A stretch of 64,000 nt of DNA from Thermodesulfovibrionales bacterium (GCA_031082155.1 JAVHLL010000001.1:25058-89057), one strand, 5' to 3'. Shown: positions 28,247-37,592, numbered from the stretch's first letter. A program made the numbers and translations. Notes: generated by a model from the sequence alone, not told the origin.

Positions 28247-28627
28247 TTGCCAAAGACGAAAGTGCTTCTGGTAGATGACGAAGTGGAATTTGCCTCAGCG
28301 CTTGCCGAGAGGCTCCGGTTGCGCGGTTATGACACAAAAACCGTCTCCCGTGCCGAAAAAGCGTTGACGGTTATCCAGAATAATCCGCCTGACGTGATAT
28401 TGCTTGATTTCAGAATGCCCGGTATGGATGGTCTGGAGGCGCTGAAGAGAATCAAAGAGATCGCGCCTTCGATCGAAATTATCATGCTTACCGGGCTTGA
28501 AGATTCACAAAGCATCGAGGAAGCAAAAAAAAGCGGCGCTCCGGAATACATCATGAAGCCCGCTGATATTTACAACCTTATCGAGAAAATCGATCAGGCG
28601 AAGAAAAGATCCTCTGAACGGAAATAA
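28247..28627 (+). CDS. single-domain response regulator (REC only)
   Basis: VLLVDDE...VILLDFRMPGMDG...YIMKP. 126 aa, TTG start after GGAGGA. Confidence 0.9.
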   Translation: MPKTKVLLVDDEVEFASALAERLRLRGYDTKTVSRAEKALTVIQNNPPDVILLDFRMPGMDGLEALKRIKEIAPSIEIIMLTGLEDSQSIEEAKKSGAPEYIMKPADIYNLIEKIDQAKKRSSERK

Positions 28628-28648
28628 CCGGAAAGCGCAGTCCCCTTC

Positions 28649-29089
28649 CTACCAGCCCTTTGCCTGAAGGATCTCCTTCACATGTGCTTCATGTTTTTTC
28701 TCTACAAGAATGACCCTCTTGCGTTTCGCTTCCGCAACCTTCTCCATGATCTTGTTCAGGTCAGCAGGTTTTTCAAGGAAGTCAACCGCCCCTTCTTTTA
28801 TCGCCTCAACCCCTTTCTCAACAGAGCCGTGGCCGGTCAGCATGATAATCTGCACATCAGGGTTCTCGCTCCTGATACGTTTGAGGGCCTCCATGCCGCT
28901 CATCCCCGGCATGGCGAGATCCAGAATGATTGCGTCAAATTCTTTCCCTTTGACCTTTGAAAGTGCTTCCTCGCCGCTGCTGGATGTGTCGACCTTCATG
29001 CCGCGTCCTTCCAGCCTCTGTGAAAGGACTTTGAGAAACTGTTCCTCGTCATCTACTAATAAAATATCTGCTTTAATCTCTTCTGTCAT
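28649..29089 (-). CDS. single-domain response regulator (REC only)
   Basis: ILLVDDE...AIILDLAMPGMSG...LTGHG...FLEKP. 146 aa. Confidence 0.9.
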   Translation of the reverse strand: MTEEIKADILLVDDEEQFLKVLSQRLEGRGMKVDTSSSGEEALSKVKGKEFDAIILDLAMPGMSGMEALKRIRSENPDVQIIMLTGHGSVEKGVEAIKEGAVDFLEKPADLNKIMEKVAEAKRKRVILVEKKHEAHVKEILQAKGW

Positions 29090-29164
29090 GTTCTCCTCCT
29101 TTATGGGGTTCTTCCCCCGTATTTTTTACATTCTCTGAAAATTGCCACTTTGTCAGAAAAGTGC

Positions 29165-29554
29165 CTATGGAGTCCTGGTACACTTCTCTCTGAACGCATC
29201 TTTTATCTTGTCTGCCAGTGTCTCGATATCAGCAGGTTTTTTCAGGAAACCGAATCCCCCGAGCATTTTCGCCTCCTCCTCTTCCTTATCGGTCCCGTGA
29301 CCGGTAAGTATGATAACCTGAATATGGGAGTGGGTCTTTTTAACCTCTTTCAGTACTTCCATCCCCTGCATACCGGGCATCCTCAGGTCGAGCACCATAA
29401 CGTCCGGTTCTTCCTGCATTAGTCTGGATAAGGCTTCTTCTCCGTTATAGACGGTTTCAACCTGTAAATCTCTCATTTTCAGGCGCTGGGCAAGCGTATT
29501 GGCGAGTGCGACTTCATCATCTACTATCAGTACTTTAATGCCCGCCTGTTTCAT
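29165..29554 (-). CDS. single-domain response regulator (REC only)
   Basis: VLIVDDE...VMVLDLRMPGMQG...LTGHG...FLKKP. 129 aa. Confidence 0.9.
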   Translation of the reverse strand: MKQAGIKVLIVDDEVALANTLAQRLKMRDLQVETVYNGEEALSRLMQEEPDVMVLDLRMPGMQGMEVLKEVKKTHSHIQVIILTGHGTDKEEEEAKMLGGFGFLKKPADIETLADKIKDAFREKCTRTP

Positions 29555-29632
29555 GGGAAGCCTCCTTGGGACTGTTTAACTTTAACAACAAATCCTTTTC
29601 GCGGTCAAGTGGCGAAACCCCTCAAAACCCTT

Positions 29633-30304
29633 CTAGGAAGCCGTCAGAGGAAGCATAATGAAGGTCTTTCCCGTTCCCTCCCGTACAATGTTCCCATTCA
29701 GTTGTTTTATTGTCTTTTCGACCACTTCATGAGGGACCGAAGGAACTTCGCTCTCCATCGTCTGGACATTTCCTTCCGGAATAATCTTAATCTGAACTGC
29801 ATGATCAGCACCGGCAGTCTCTATCGTGATCCTGCTGTCTTTCTCAAGCGTCAGCAGCCCTTCATCAAGGACACTGAATACTATAAACTGAAGGAGAGAT
29901 GGGTTGCTGAAAAGTGAAGGGAGGTCTTCCTGAAAATTTTTTATAAGGGCTATCTTCTTTTGCTTTGCAAACCTGGTCAGGAGGGCAATGAGTTCTTCGA
30001 TACTCTCATTGAGACTGAAGGACGAGAGTTCAGTGTCCATTCTGTGGGCAAACCGGTTCAGTGCGCGGAAATGTTCGTTTGCCCTTTTGATCTGATCTTC
30101 AACAGAACGCACAATCTGAAGATACTCGGAGAGGTCCTTTTCGGAAGACTTTCCCATCTGTACCATATCCCCAATCAATCCGACAGATTCATTGATAATC
30201 GCAAGGTAATTTTTTGATTCGTGGGTGAATCCTGCCAGGATTTTTCCGATAAAATGCAATTGCAGAAGCTTTAACTCCTGTTCGGACCTGTCATTGCTAT
30301 GCAT
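29633..30304 (-). CDS. histidine-kinase-like protein with conserved H-box but degenerate ATP-binding domain (Spo0B-like phosphotransferase candidate)
   Basis: The DHp region LAGFTHESKNYLAIINESVGLIGD aligns with the H-boxes of both neighbouring kinases. The N-box (SVLDEGLLT), G1 (PEGNVQ) and G2 positions are all lost. It has no sensor or TM region. 223 aa. Confidence 0.7.
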   Translation of the reverse strand: MHSNDRSEQELKLLQLHFIGKILAGFTHESKNYLAIINESVGLIGDMVQMGKSSEKDLSEYLQIVRSVEDQIKRANEHFRALNRFAHRMDTELSSFSLNESIEELIALLTRFAKQKKIALIKNFQEDLPSLFSNPSLLQFIVFSVLDEGLLTLEKDSRITIETAGADHAVQIKIIPEGNVQTMESEVPSVPHEVVEKTIKQLNGNIVREGTGKTFIMLPLTAS

Positions 30305-30322
30305 GTGACTCTCCCCTCCCGA

Positions 30323-30700
30323 TCAGCCCTTCTCCTTTTTTTTCCGGGCCCTGTCGATCTTGGATGTGAGTTCATCGATGTCTATTGGTTTCATTATATA
30401 TTCGAGAACTCCGCTCTGCATCCCTTTTTGAACGCTCGCAACGTCACCATGCCCGGTGAGCATGAGCACCTCTATCGTAGGATCGAATTTTTTAATATTG
30501 CTGAGGATTTCCAGACCGTCCATCCCTGGAATTTTCAAGTCGAGCAGGACGACATCAGGAGTGGACTCGTGGAAGAGGGCCATCGCCTCCAATCCGTTTG
30601 ACGCGGTCCTTACCTCGTAATTCCGCATCTGAAGTCTCTCTGCGAGCGCTGATGCGAATTCTACCTCATCATCGACTAAAAGCACCTTCGTCCGAATCAT
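30323..30700 (-). CDS. single-domain response regulator (REC only)
   Basis: VLLVDDE...VVLLDLKIPGMDG...LTGHG...YIMKP. 125 aa, 12 nt downstream of the kinase gene. Confidence 0.9.
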   Translation of the reverse strand: MIRTKVLLVDDEVEFASALAERLQMRNYEVRTASNGLEAMALFHESTPDVVLLDLKIPGMDGLEILSNIKKFDPTIEVLMLTGHGDVASVQKGMQSGVLEYIMKPIDIDELTSKIDRARKKKEKG

Positions 30701-30712
30701 TTCCTGTCCTCC

Positions 30713-32431
30713 TTATTCCGATGTGGACGTTGTGGGTATCTCGATCGTGAATTTTGTCCCTTTGGTTGCTTCACTCTCAACGAGAATATTCCCACCGAGC
30801 CTTTTTATAATACCATACGAAATAAACAATCCGAGACCCGTTCCCTTGCCTTTCTCTTTTGTTGTATAGAAAGGTTCAAAAATTTTCTTTAGCTTGTCTT
30901 TCGGTATTCCATGGCCATTGTCACTTACAGACACCTTGATTTTCTGGTCATTCACGGTTGTTTTTATGGTAATGGTCCCCTCTTTCTCCTCCAGGAGCGC
31001 ATCGAGCGCATTGTTGAAGATATTCAGCAGTACCTGCTGGACCTGACCTCTGTCACTCATCACACGGGGTAGGTCTTCTGCAAGAACCAGGTCAAGACGG
31101 ATATTCCTGAACAGGATCTCTTTCTCGAGGAAGCCGAGGACCTCCCTGATTGCGTCATTCATATCGAAGAGTTCGTGGGCTGTATCCATACGCCGGGAAA
31201 AACCAAGGAGGCGGTGCGTTATCGTCCGGCAGCGGCTCACACTGTCGAAGATCGAATTGATCAGGCCGATAAACTTTTCCCTGCTCTTCGACTGATCTTC
31301 TGACGCCTCAAGAATATCTTTCATTAATCCTGCTTTTTCATTGATGATGGCGAGAGGATTGTTGATCTCATGTGCAACGCCGGAGGCAAGCCGTCCGACA
31401 GAAGCGAGTTTGCTCGCATGCTCACTCTGTGCAATCGCGTCTTCCCTCTCTTTTTCCGCTTCCTGAATGCGGTTAACAAGAGTATTGGCGATCCGTGTCA
31501 CCACGATGATGCCGACAATAATGCTGATAATGGTGATAAAGAAAAGTTCGTTCTTGAATATCCTGGGAATTTTCAGGTAAGGCGCCGACTGGATCATTGC
31601 CACCAGCACCCATGGTGAGTGCTTCAGTTCTGCATACCCGCATATGGTGCATGCATCAGATGAATCTGTTATTTCCTGGACTGTCGCACCCTGTTGTGAA
31701 CCCGGCAGTGGAAAACTGAGTTTTTCGAGAACGTTCCCATGGAACCGGGAAGGCGTTTGAATAACTCCCTCTTTGTTAATAAGAAACGCATCATCCTTGT
31801 TCCCCAGGTTCATCGCAGATGCAAATTTGCTCAATGTCTCCACATCAATGGTCGCCCGCAAAATCCAGAAGGTCCCCTGTTCAGGCAGTTCTCTCTTTAC
31901 TGCGATGGCAAAATGAGGGAGTTTTCGGTAGCCCATGAATACATCGCTTACATAGACATTCTTGACAGTGACCTCATCAAACCAGTCCTGATTCGAATAA
32001 TCTTTCCCCTCCAGTTTGTACGGGCCGACATATGCCTGCTGGATGCCGTTGGCATCAATGATGCCAATGTCTACCAGGCCGCTTACTTCTCTCTTGAATT
32101 TCAGAAAAACGTTTGCAAGTGTTTTCCGGTCAGAGAGCTGCTCATAGGTGAATGCAGAAGCGATAAACCTCAGCCCGGACACACGCTCTTCGATAAAAAA
32201 ATCGAGGGATTGTTTGGTATTCTCGATCTGCCATTTTATCTGGCTCCGGTAATCCTCTTTCAGGATGGATTGAAACCAGAAGTAGCTTGTTGTCACCACG
32301 ATGAACAGGGGAATGAGGGACAGGATTGCGTCCAGCAGAATCACCCGTATTTTAAGACTTTTATACGGGTCTGTGGCGCTAATACTGAACAGATCGCGTG
32401 GGTGCCTCAGGTCTTTTAAAATGTTTTTCAT
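30713..32431 (-). CDS. sensor histidine kinase with periplasmic Cache-like domain
   Basis: Two TM segments flank a ~260-aa extracytoplasmic region. The H-box is ASGVAHEINNPLAIINE, the N-box NIFNNALDA, G1 DNGHGI and G2 GTGLGLF. It is a paralog of the 25929 kinase core. Confidence 0.9.
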   Translation of the reverse strand: MKNILKDLRHPRDLFSISATDPYKSLKIRVILLDAILSLIPLFIVVTTSYFWFQSILKEDYRSQIKWQIENTKQSLDFFIEERVSGLRFIASAFTYEQLSDRKTLANVFLKFKREVSGLVDIGIIDANGIQQAYVGPYKLEGKDYSNQDWFDEVTVKNVYVSDVFMGYRKLPHFAIAVKRELPEQGTFWILRATIDVETLSKFASAMNLGNKDDAFLINKEGVIQTPSRFHGNVLEKLSFPLPGSQQGATVQEITDSSDACTICGYAELKHSPWVLVAMIQSAPYLKIPRIFKNELFFITIISIIVGIIVVTRIANTLVNRIQEAEKEREDAIAQSEHASKLASVGRLASGVAHEINNPLAIINEKAGLMKDILEASEDQSKSREKFIGLINSIFDSVSRCRTITHRLLGFSRRMDTAHELFDMNDAIREVLGFLEKEILFRNIRLDLVLAEDLPRVMSDRGQVQQVLLNIFNNALDALLEEKEGTITIKTTVNDQKIKVSVSDNGHGIPKDKLKKIFEPFYTTKEKGKGTGLGLFISYGIIKRLGGNILVESEATKGTKFTIEIPTTSTSE

Positions 32432-32823
32432 TGACTGGATGAACTTTTTCTGTATGGTTTCTCTGTAGATTTCTTTTCAATATTCTATCACAGAAGGTCG
32501 TCCTTGTACCAAGAAAGGGTTGCGCAGTGCTCATGCTGAATACCTGGCTGTTAGCGATTGCATATTCCCTCTCGTTTCCCAAGGCTGATGGTGATACACG
32601 GGACTGTTTTCTGTTTTGCACCCTGTCCAGCCCCTTTTTTGAGGAGGGGCTGGACAGTCAAAAAAAAGAGGGGATGAGTCAATTGTTATATCATAAAGGC
32701 ATAACATCTGAGCCAGATGTAGACGTGGCAGAGAATGACTGATTCGATCATCAAAGACATACCGTAGCGCATGAACTGTCTGAATGATATGGAGTTGCCC
32801 ATTTTTTCAGCCATTCTGCAGCC

Positions 32824-34104
32824 TCAGTGCACCAGGTTATATTGCACAATATAGGCAGCTATACCCGCGAAATATCCGGCGGCGGCGAGCGGCCCTATGC
32901 GGCGCGCATACCAGAAAAATTCGATCTTCTCCAGTCCCATTGCGGCCACACCCGCAGCCGAACCGATGATCAGGATCGAGCCGCCTGTTCCTGCACAGTA
33001 GGCCATGAACTCCCAGATAAAAGAGTCCGCCGGAAACTGCGCAAGCGGGTACATTCCCATGGAAGCGGCCACCAGGGGAATATTATCCACTATGGCGGAA
33101 ACAAGGCCGATGATAATGACGATCATGGTTTGATTGCCGAGCTTTGCATCCAGCCACCCGGCCAGTGCCGGAAGCATGCCGTTTGCGGAAAGGGTAGCCA
33201 CCGCTAAAAGGATGCCAATGAAGAACACGACTGACGCCATATCGATGCGCTTGAGTGCCTTGGTCAATCTGAGGTGATCGAAATCCTCTTCAGACTTGTT
33301 GCGATGAAGGAGTTCCCCTGTCAACCAGACAACACCAAGGGCCAGCAAAATGCCAAGATAGGGGGGCAGATGCGTAAATGCCTTGAATATCGGGACAAAG
33401 ATCAGTGCTCCCATGCCCATGAAGAACATCAGTTTCTTTTCGAACGGCGAACAGCTGGAAGCCCCGTTTTCGACCTTGTCCGGGGGCACAACATTGCCTT
33501 TGACCATGAATGAGGCTATGACCAAAGGTACCAGCAGATTGACCATGGAAGCAATCCAGGTAGTTTTCATGATATTGAGTGTTGTGATCTGTCCGCCGAT
33601 CCAGAGCATGGTGGTGGTCACATCGCCGATTGGTGACCAGGCGCCGCCTGCATTGGCGGCAATCACGATAATGCCAGCGAAGAAGAGGCGTTGTTTATGG
33701 TCCTTAAGAAGGCGTTTCATCAGGGCGACCATCACGATGGTGGTGGTCATGTTGTCGAGAATCGACGAGAGATAGAAGGTGATAAAGCCGATGATCCAGA
33801 GCAGGCTTGTCAGTTTGGTTGCCTTAATGCGCGTGGTGATGACCTCGAAACCGCCGTGGGAGTCTGTCACCTCGACAATGGTCATGGCTGAGATCAGAAA
33901 GAATACGATGGCCGCGGTCTCAGCCAGTTTTTCAGTGAGTTGATGGATTACTGTTTCCACGCCCAGCGGGTTTGCAAACGAGTACAAGGTCCACATTAGT
34001 CCAGCGGCCAACAGGGCCGTGGCTGATTTGTTAATTTTGATCGGGTGCTCGAGCGCGATCATTGAGTAAGCGAGCACGAATACAACTGCTACCATTGCCA
34101 TCAT
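32824..34104 (-). CDS. NhaD-type Na+/H+ antiporter (IT superfamily)
   Basis: 426 aa, polytopic. ANAGGAWSPIGDVTTTMLWIGG and AGTGGSILIIGSAAGVAAMG are NhaD-like motifs. RBS AAGGAGG. Confidence 0.8.
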   Translation of the reverse strand: MMAMVAVVFVLAYSMIALEHPIKINKSATALLAAGLMWTLYSFANPLGVETVIHQLTEKLAETAAIVFFLISAMTIVEVTDSHGGFEVITTRIKATKLTSLLWIIGFITFYLSSILDNMTTTIVMVALMKRLLKDHKQRLFFAGIIVIAANAGGAWSPIGDVTTTMLWIGGQITTLNIMKTTWIASMVNLLVPLVIASFMVKGNVVPPDKVENGASSCSPFEKKLMFFMGMGALIFVPIFKAFTHLPPYLGILLALGVVWLTGELLHRNKSEEDFDHLRLTKALKRIDMASVVFFIGILLAVATLSANGMLPALAGWLDAKLGNQTMIVIIIGLVSAIVDNIPLVAASMGMYPLAQFPADSFIWEFMAYCAGTGGSILIIGSAAGVAAMGLEKIEFFWYARRIGPLAAAGYFAGIAAYIVQYNLVH

Positions 34105-34235
34105 GGGTTTACTCCTCCTTTAACGCCTGATTTTTCATCATCCCTCTTTGCAGTGCTGAGGATGTTTGCAACTTCCCTGAGCGTCGTGTCAGGCTTCAGG
34201 CGCTCCTGAAAAGGTATAATTAACCCTTCTTCCAT
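34101..34235 (-). pseudogene. 44-aa remnant of a CBS-pair gene (N-terminal fragment only), still translationally coupled to the NhaD gene
   Basis: Hand translation gives MEEGLIIPFQERLKPDTTLREVANILSTAKRDDEKSGVKGGVNP*. It matches the first ~40 aa of the 162/163-aa CBS proteins at 38960 and 44031 at about 54 percent identity. RBS AAAGGAG. Its TGA overlaps the NhaD ATG (ATGA). It is below the ORF-track cut-off. Confidence 0.45.
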
Positions 34236-34371
34236 ATGATTATCTCCTTTGGCATGTTCAAGGGCTTCCTGACATAATCAACTTCCTTGAAAACCCTGCC
34301 AGAATTCTGTTTAAGCGCTTCTTCAGACCCCATAAAATCTCCCATTTATAATCTGCCTGTGAAGTAACCCC

Positions 34372-34406
34372 CCCCCATCCTCTCCTTACTAAGGAAAGGA
34401 TGGGGG
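34372..34406 (-). terminator. long GC-rich hairpin after the DASS copy A gene
   Basis: 17-bp arms CCCCCATCCTCTCCTTA / TAAGGAAAGGATGGGGG with one mismatch and a 1-nt loop, 19 nt after the stop. No U-tract follows, so this is not a canonical terminator. Confidence 0.35.
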
Positions 34407-34424
34407 AAGTGAGGGGTTATTTTC

Positions 34425-35939
34425 TTACTTAAGCGTTATTGGCATTCCCAGCATCGGCCAGAATGTTACTATCGCAAAGCCGATGATTGCCACAAGCACC
34501 ACACTCAACAATAAGCCATGTCTAAAAAATTCACCCGGTGTAAACTGTTTTGATTCATAGGCAATCGCGTTCGGTGCAGCGCCGATCAGAAGCACAAAAG
34601 GCATACCTGCAGTAATCAGGGATGAGTAGAAAATTACATCAGGGGCTACACCCAGATATGGTGCGATAACCAGCGAAACAGGCAACGAGATCGCTATCGC
34701 AGCTACGTTCATAATAAAGTTCGTCATAATCAGGACAAAGGTTGCGATGCTGAGAACGAATACAAGCCAATGGGCGTTCTGGAACATGACAAGCCACTGA
34801 ACTGCCATCCACTGCGCAGCTCCCGTCTGCCAGAGGCAGAAACCGATACTCATTGCGCCGCTGAAAAGAAGGATGATATTCCAGGGAATATCTTCAAGTT
34901 CTTTTACAGTCAGCACCTTGAATATAAAGAAAAGAAGCGTTGATACGAGCATTATTGCTGCCCTGTCCAACGACTTTAACGCAGGAACAAAGGACTGCAT
35001 TGACATTACCGCGATAGCGCCTAACACCGTAATGATGACGAATTTTTCATCCCTTGTCATAGGCCCGAGTTCCTTGGAGAGTTTCGTGACTCTTTCCCTG
35101 AGTCCGGGGATGACACTCTTTTCAGGCTTCAGAAACATCATGAGGTATATCCAGATCAGAAATACCATGATCCAACCAATCAAAAAAGAGAATTTTGTAA
35201 GCTCAAAGAAACCTACTGTCTTGCCGGTAAATTCTGCAAACATTCCGGCGCCTGCTGCAGCCCTTGCAGAACCGAGGAAGGTAATAACGCTTCCGGCTCC
35301 GGCAGCATAAGCCATGCCGATGAACAATGACTTGCCGAATTTTGTAGGTTTATCTCCTTCACCATAGAGAGCATTGATAGCAAGCAATATCGGAAATACT
35401 GTGGCTGCGGCAGCGGTATGCGCCATGACATGTGCAAGACCGGCTGTAACCACCAGCGCTCCCAGCATGATCATGCTTGTTTTTTCGCCCACGATCTGGA
35501 GCATCTTGTATGCGAGCCGCTTTGTAAGCCCTGATTTTGTAAAGGCAAGCCCTACAACAACCGATGCGAAAATGAACATGACGGACGGGTCCATAAAGTC
35601 TTTAAAGGCATCTTTTGCAGGGCGTATTGCAAAGAGAGCCTGAAAGACGCCGATTGCAATCGCAGTGACGCCGATAGGAACAACCTCAAATATCCACCAG
35701 GTGGAAGCCAGTATGAAAAGCGCTATAGATCCTTTTCCCTGCGGTGACAGGACAAAATGCTTGCCTCCCGGGTCAACCGCGTCAGGCCAAGGGGGCATAA
35801 AATAGATCCACAAAAAGAGGCCTAATCCAATAAGGATAAACATAACCCGTTTCCAGTCAAATTTGTCTTTGGTTTCTGCAAGAACAATTTCAGGCGGTGG
35901 TTGGGGTAACCCCTCTGATTGTTTTTTCTGATCAGCCAT
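34425..35939 (-). CDS. DASS/SLC13-like anion permease (IT superfamily), copy A
   Basis: 504 aa, polytopic. GMAYAAGAGSVITFLGS and LLIGAAPNAIAYES are hairpin-type motifs. It is about 80 percent identical to copy B by eye. Confidence 0.85.
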   Translation of the reverse strand: MADQKKQSEGLPQPPPEIVLAETKDKFDWKRVMFILIGLGLFLWIYFMPPWPDAVDPGGKHFVLSPQGKGSIALFILASTWWIFEVVPIGVTAIAIGVFQALFAIRPAKDAFKDFMDPSVMFIFASVVVGLAFTKSGLTKRLAYKMLQIVGEKTSMIMLGALVVTAGLAHVMAHTAAAATVFPILLAINALYGEGDKPTKFGKSLFIGMAYAAGAGSVITFLGSARAAAGAGMFAEFTGKTVGFFELTKFSFLIGWIMVFLIWIYLMMFLKPEKSVIPGLRERVTKLSKELGPMTRDEKFVIITVLGAIAVMSMQSFVPALKSLDRAAIMLVSTLLFFIFKVLTVKELEDIPWNIILLFSGAMSIGFCLWQTGAAQWMAVQWLVMFQNAHWLVFVLSIATFVLIMTNFIMNVAAIAISLPVSLVIAPYLGVAPDVIFYSSLITAGMPFVLLIGAAPNAIAYESKQFTPGEFFRHGLLLSVVLVAIIGFAIVTFWPMLGMPITLK

Positions 35940-37184
35940 AATATTGCCTCCTTATTCCTTGATAAGTGAATCGGAAATTTCATCAAAGACTTCGATCATC
36001 CGTACGAGACCGACGAACTTCTTCTTGTTCTCTAAAACCGGCAGGAGAACAAGGTCGTGATGCACCATCAGATATGCCGCTTTGGTTACCGGATCGGCCG
36101 GATCAACAAACTGTTTTGCAGGGGCCATTATCTCGCTGACCGGCTTCTCCGCAAGCTCTTTCGACTGTTTGGTGAAAAGCGTATCCCAGATTAAAGAGAG
36201 TTCAGATTCCTGTTCCTTGTATCCCTGAGCCTTTTCTGAACCCTGCATAAACCTTGGTTCCAGCCCTCTGAGGATATCCTTCAGGGTAAGGGTCCCCATG
36301 AGGTTGTACTTTTCGTCGAACACCAGTATCGCCATCGGCTCAGGGTACTTCTTCGAGCTGATAAACGACACCTTGATAATCCTTACCGCCTGGTTGATCG
36401 TAAACCAGTAAGGGATGTGGGGATACTCAAAAATACCGATCATTACATCTTTCACAAGTTTTCCGTCTGCCATAACACCCTCCTTTTTATGCAACCTTTC
36501 TTTCGAATTCCATGAAAATTCTGAACCTGTCCGATTTCTTCACCGACTGCATGTACATGATCAGGGTATCTCCCGAATAAAATTGCTGGGTGAGCAGAGA
36601 AGCGGGAGCGCCTTCGGGGAGGTTCAGCAAACGAGCCTCATCTGTTTTCAGATGGGTAAGCTCGATAAAATTCTTTACCCTGGTAATTTTTATGCCGTAT
36701 TTTTTTTCGAAGAGATCAAAAAGGGAACGGGTTTCGATGTCGTCTTCCAGGAGGAGAGGGCAGAGATGGTAGGGGATATAGCATTCCTGTACCATAACCG
36801 GCTCATCCTGGACGGACCAGAGTCTTTTGATATAGATGACATGCTTTTCAGGGGATATGTCGAGAAGAGTATCAAGGCCATTCAACGGCATCATGACAGT
36901 TCTGGCAAGGACCTGCGGGGAAAAGGGGATCCCCTCTTCGAAGCACAGTTCTCTGAGATGCGCCTGCATATTCAGCCCTTCAGCTTGAGAGGTCCTGGAG
37001 ATGAAAGTTCCTTTTCCCTGCTGACGCTTCAGGTACCCCTGCCTGACAAGCTCCATAACGGCTGTTCTTACGGTGACCCTGCTGACATTAAATGTTTTGC
37101 AAAGCTCTTCTTCCGTTGGAATTTGTGCGCCTAACACCCATTCGCTCTTCTCGATTTTATTCTTGAAAATTTCGTACAACTGGT
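35782..37184. repeat. 1403-bp perfect direct repeat, copy 1
   Basis: It appears identical to 40927-42329 (offset 5145). All six-frame ORFs inside are identical between copies, and spot-checked nucleotide lines match. Identity drops abruptly at both edges: G versus A at 35781/40926, and G versus A at 37185/42330. Confidence 0.9.
35952..36473 (-). CDS. CBS-pair domain protein (173 aa), copy A
   Basis: Two CBS motifs. The start is set at MADGKLVKDV (RBS AAGGAGG 5 nt upstream), by analogy with the paralog at 56485. Confidence 0.85.
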   Translation of the reverse strand: MADGKLVKDVMIGIFEYPHIPYWFTINQAVRIIKVSFISSKKYPEPMAILVFDEKYNLMGTLTLKDILRGLEPRFMQGSEKAQGYKEQESELSLIWDTLFTKQSKELAEKPVSEIMAPAKQFVDPADPVTKAAYLMVHHDLVLLPVLENKKKFVGLVRMIEVFDEISDSLIKE

Positions 37185-37224
37185 GATACAGCTTATGATG
37201 ATCTTCCCTGTCTATTAATTCCAT
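36487..37224 (-). CDS. GntR/UTRA regulator, paralog 2 (copy A)
   Basis: (M)MELIDREDHHKLYHQLYEIFKNKIEKSEWVLGAQIPTEEELCKTFNVSRVTVRTAVMELVRQGYLKRQQGKGTF. An alternative start lies one codon upstream at 37227. Confidence 0.9.
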   Translation of the reverse strand: MELIDREDHHKLYHQLYEIFKNKIEKSEWVLGAQIPTEEELCKTFNVSRVTVRTAVMELVRQGYLKRQQGKGTFISRTSQAEGLNMQAHLRELCFEEGIPFSPQVLARTVMMPLNGLDTLLDISPEKHVIYIKRLWSVQDEPVMVQECYIPYHLCPLLLEDDIETRSLFDLFEKKYGIKITRVKNFIELTHLKTDEARLLNLPEGAPASLLTQQFYSGDTLIMYMQSVKKSDRFRIFMEFERKVA

Positions 37225-37304
37225 CATTGGTATGTCCTGATAATATAAAGTTAAGTGGTCAAAATGTTTCTACAAACTTATCTTAATTCCACTGGCGAAT
37301 GTGA

Positions 37305-37352
37305 TTCAATCGGCTAAAGCCTGTATTTTACTCGGGTAGATGCTGTATTTTG
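37305..37352. promoter_or_regulatory. tandem 22-bp direct repeat upstream of GntR copy A
   Basis: TTCAATCGGCTAAAGCCTGTATTTTACTCGGGTAGATGCTGTATTTTG. It aligns with 42446-42494 at roughly three quarters of positions, inside otherwise diverged flanking DNA. Confidence 0.3.
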
Positions 37353-37490
37353 CGGCAATGAAGGGTAAATTTTTATTGAATTTATGGAGAGTTGAGGGAA
37401 AGTGCAGATAGCGGACACTGTATTTCGGGGAAAATGACCGCAAGGGCCATGACAGTCATAATATCCTCGCTGGTGGACGTCTTAGTAAGA

Positions 37491-37530
37491 AAATAAAAAG
37501 CCGTTAACCATTCATTATCAGGATAACGGC
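37491..37530 (-). terminator. rho-independent terminator (second of a tandem pair)
   Basis: The minus strand reads GCCGTTATCC-loop-GGTTAACGGC followed by TTTTTATTTTCTT. Confidence 0.7.
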
Positions 37531-37548
37531 TTTCTGCATAGCACGAAT

Positions 37549-37587
37549 AAAAAAGCCGCTATCCCGATTGTATCCCGGGATAGCGGC
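37549..37587 (-). terminator. rho-independent terminator after the ArsB/CitMHS-like permease copy A
   Basis: The minus strand reads GCCGCTATCCCG-GGATACAAT-CGGGATAGCGGC followed by TTTTTT. It starts 5 nt after the stop codon. Confidence 0.85.
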
Positions 37588-37592
37588 CCGAC

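Noticed and set aside
36415-37134. A 239-aa plus-strand ORF, duplicated at 41560-42279.
   Set aside because: It is entirely antisense to the well-supported CBS and GntR genes and has low-complexity, non-domain sequence. Its duplication merely reflects the 1403-bp repeat. It is a shadow ORF.
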